Position numbers and translations under genes: made by a program. A stretch of 35,340 nucleotides of DNA from contig CAYPMQ010000001.1 of the NCBI GenBank assembly GCA_964411625.1, positions 1-35,340 of the forward strand, read 5' to 3'. The notes under the pieces were generated by a model. That model made no database searches and had not been told where the DNA came from. It saw only the letters and a program-made list of their open reading frames with translations. Each line of letters starts with the position of its first letter. The first letter of the stretch is position 1. Shown here one piece after another: positions 35,012-35,340 of the stretch. This DNA is from an uncultured Ignavibacteriaceae bacterium (GTDB lineage: Bacteria > Bacteroidota > Ignavibacteria > Ignavibacteriales > Ignavibacteriaceae).

Positions 35012-35340
35012 CTATGAGCCGTTTCTCACCAGTCTCAGCCCCATAATATTACTGCTCCACATCGCATAAAAACCGGATCTTTCGGTTGTACTGAGGTACT
35101 TCTCTTCGAGAAAATATGCACCCCCTCTGCCTACTCGGTTACTTCCCTCCACAGCACCCGTCGGATCTTTATACTCTCCTGAGGGGAGGCTGTTGTACCA
35201 GTCCCAGCACCACTCCCAGACATTACCCGACATATCATAAAGTCCCAGCTCATTCGGTTTTTTCAGGCCAACCGGATTGGTCATGTCTCCTGAATTATTC
35301 TTAAACCAAGCCACTTCATCCGGATTATTGCTTCCTGCAT
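35012..35340 (-). CDS. Formylglycine-generating-enzyme (FGE-sulfatase/SUMF1) domain protein, C-terminal part; N-terminal end lies beyond the window
   Basis: Hallmark motif NELGLYDMSGNVWEWCWDWY. The frame stays open upstream of the track's GVG-type alternative start (a GTG) to the window edge (...AGSNNPDEVAWFKNNSGD). Confidence 0.85.
   Translation of the reverse strand, partial: AGSNNPDEVAWFKNNSGDMTNPVGLKKPNELGLYDMSGNVWEWCWDWYNSLPSGEYKDPTGAVEGSNRVGRGGAYFLEEKYLSTTERSGFYAMWSSNIMGLRLVRNGS

Noticed and set aside
35012-35160. The FGE-sulfatase (C-type-lectin-fold) C-terminus might be the variable region of a diversity-generating retroelement, with the template repeat in the adjacent ORF-free 800 bp.
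   Set aside because: I compared the last ~140 nt of the gene with 34214-35011 on both strands and found only a 10-nt chance match (TCTCAGCCCC). The flanking mismatches do not follow the adenine-specific pattern. No reverse transcriptase or avd-like gene is in the window. Normally invariant scaffold residues (SW, CRSA, P) also differ, which argues for a plain divergent FGE domain. A DGR beyond the right edge cannot be excluded.

Overview
This is a 35.3-kb chromosomal-looking segment with about 29 protein-coding genes, most on the minus strand. I see no rRNA, tRNA, CRISPR array, transposase or integrase. The gene content suggests an FCB-superphylum bacterium, plausibly Ignavibacteriota-like (inference only): a T9SS C-terminal sorting domain with the NYPNPFNPTT motif, a CarboxypepD_reg-type TonB-dependent receptor with no SusD partner, a PorV-like barrel, Shine-Dalgarno-type RBSs, and roughly 40% GC by eye. 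Layout, left to right. (1) A partial secreted GHL10 glycoside-hydrolase-like gene, open to nt 1 and absent from the ORF track, plus a PNPOx-family gene. (2) A five-gene minus-strand outer-membrane locus at 3059-11929: TonB receptor, a 685-codon secreted Fn3 protein interrupted by one in-frame TAG, a PorV-like barrel, an IPT/TIG lipoprotein and a T9SS-sorted beta-propeller. (3) DPP-IV peptidase and pyrE. (4) An isolated plus-strand pair at 15282-16954: a ParM/StbA-like actin-fold ATPase whose phosphate-1 motif sits at the C-terminus instead of the N-terminus, followed by a bactofilin. (5) yidD, an acidic orphan, and a CDF transporter split by a frameshift in an A8 run. (6) A BamB-like lipoprotein coupled to a peptidase-MA/TolB-like/Omp85 fusion protein. 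(7) A tight fni / polyprenyl synthase / ptsH / ptsI operon. (8) An orphan AAA-ATPase-like/PD-(D/E)XK protein. (9) A pabB-pabC fusion, an SSAT-like GNAT and two divergent SLC45/GPH-type MFS transporters. (10) An 800-bp ORF-free, repeat-bearing region and a partial FGE-sulfatase-domain gene that runs off the right edge. The best candidates for something undescribed are the actin-like + bactofilin module with its apparent circular permutation, and the SusD-less TonB/PorV/T9SS-cargo locus. All family assignments come from motif recognition by eye, not from database searches.
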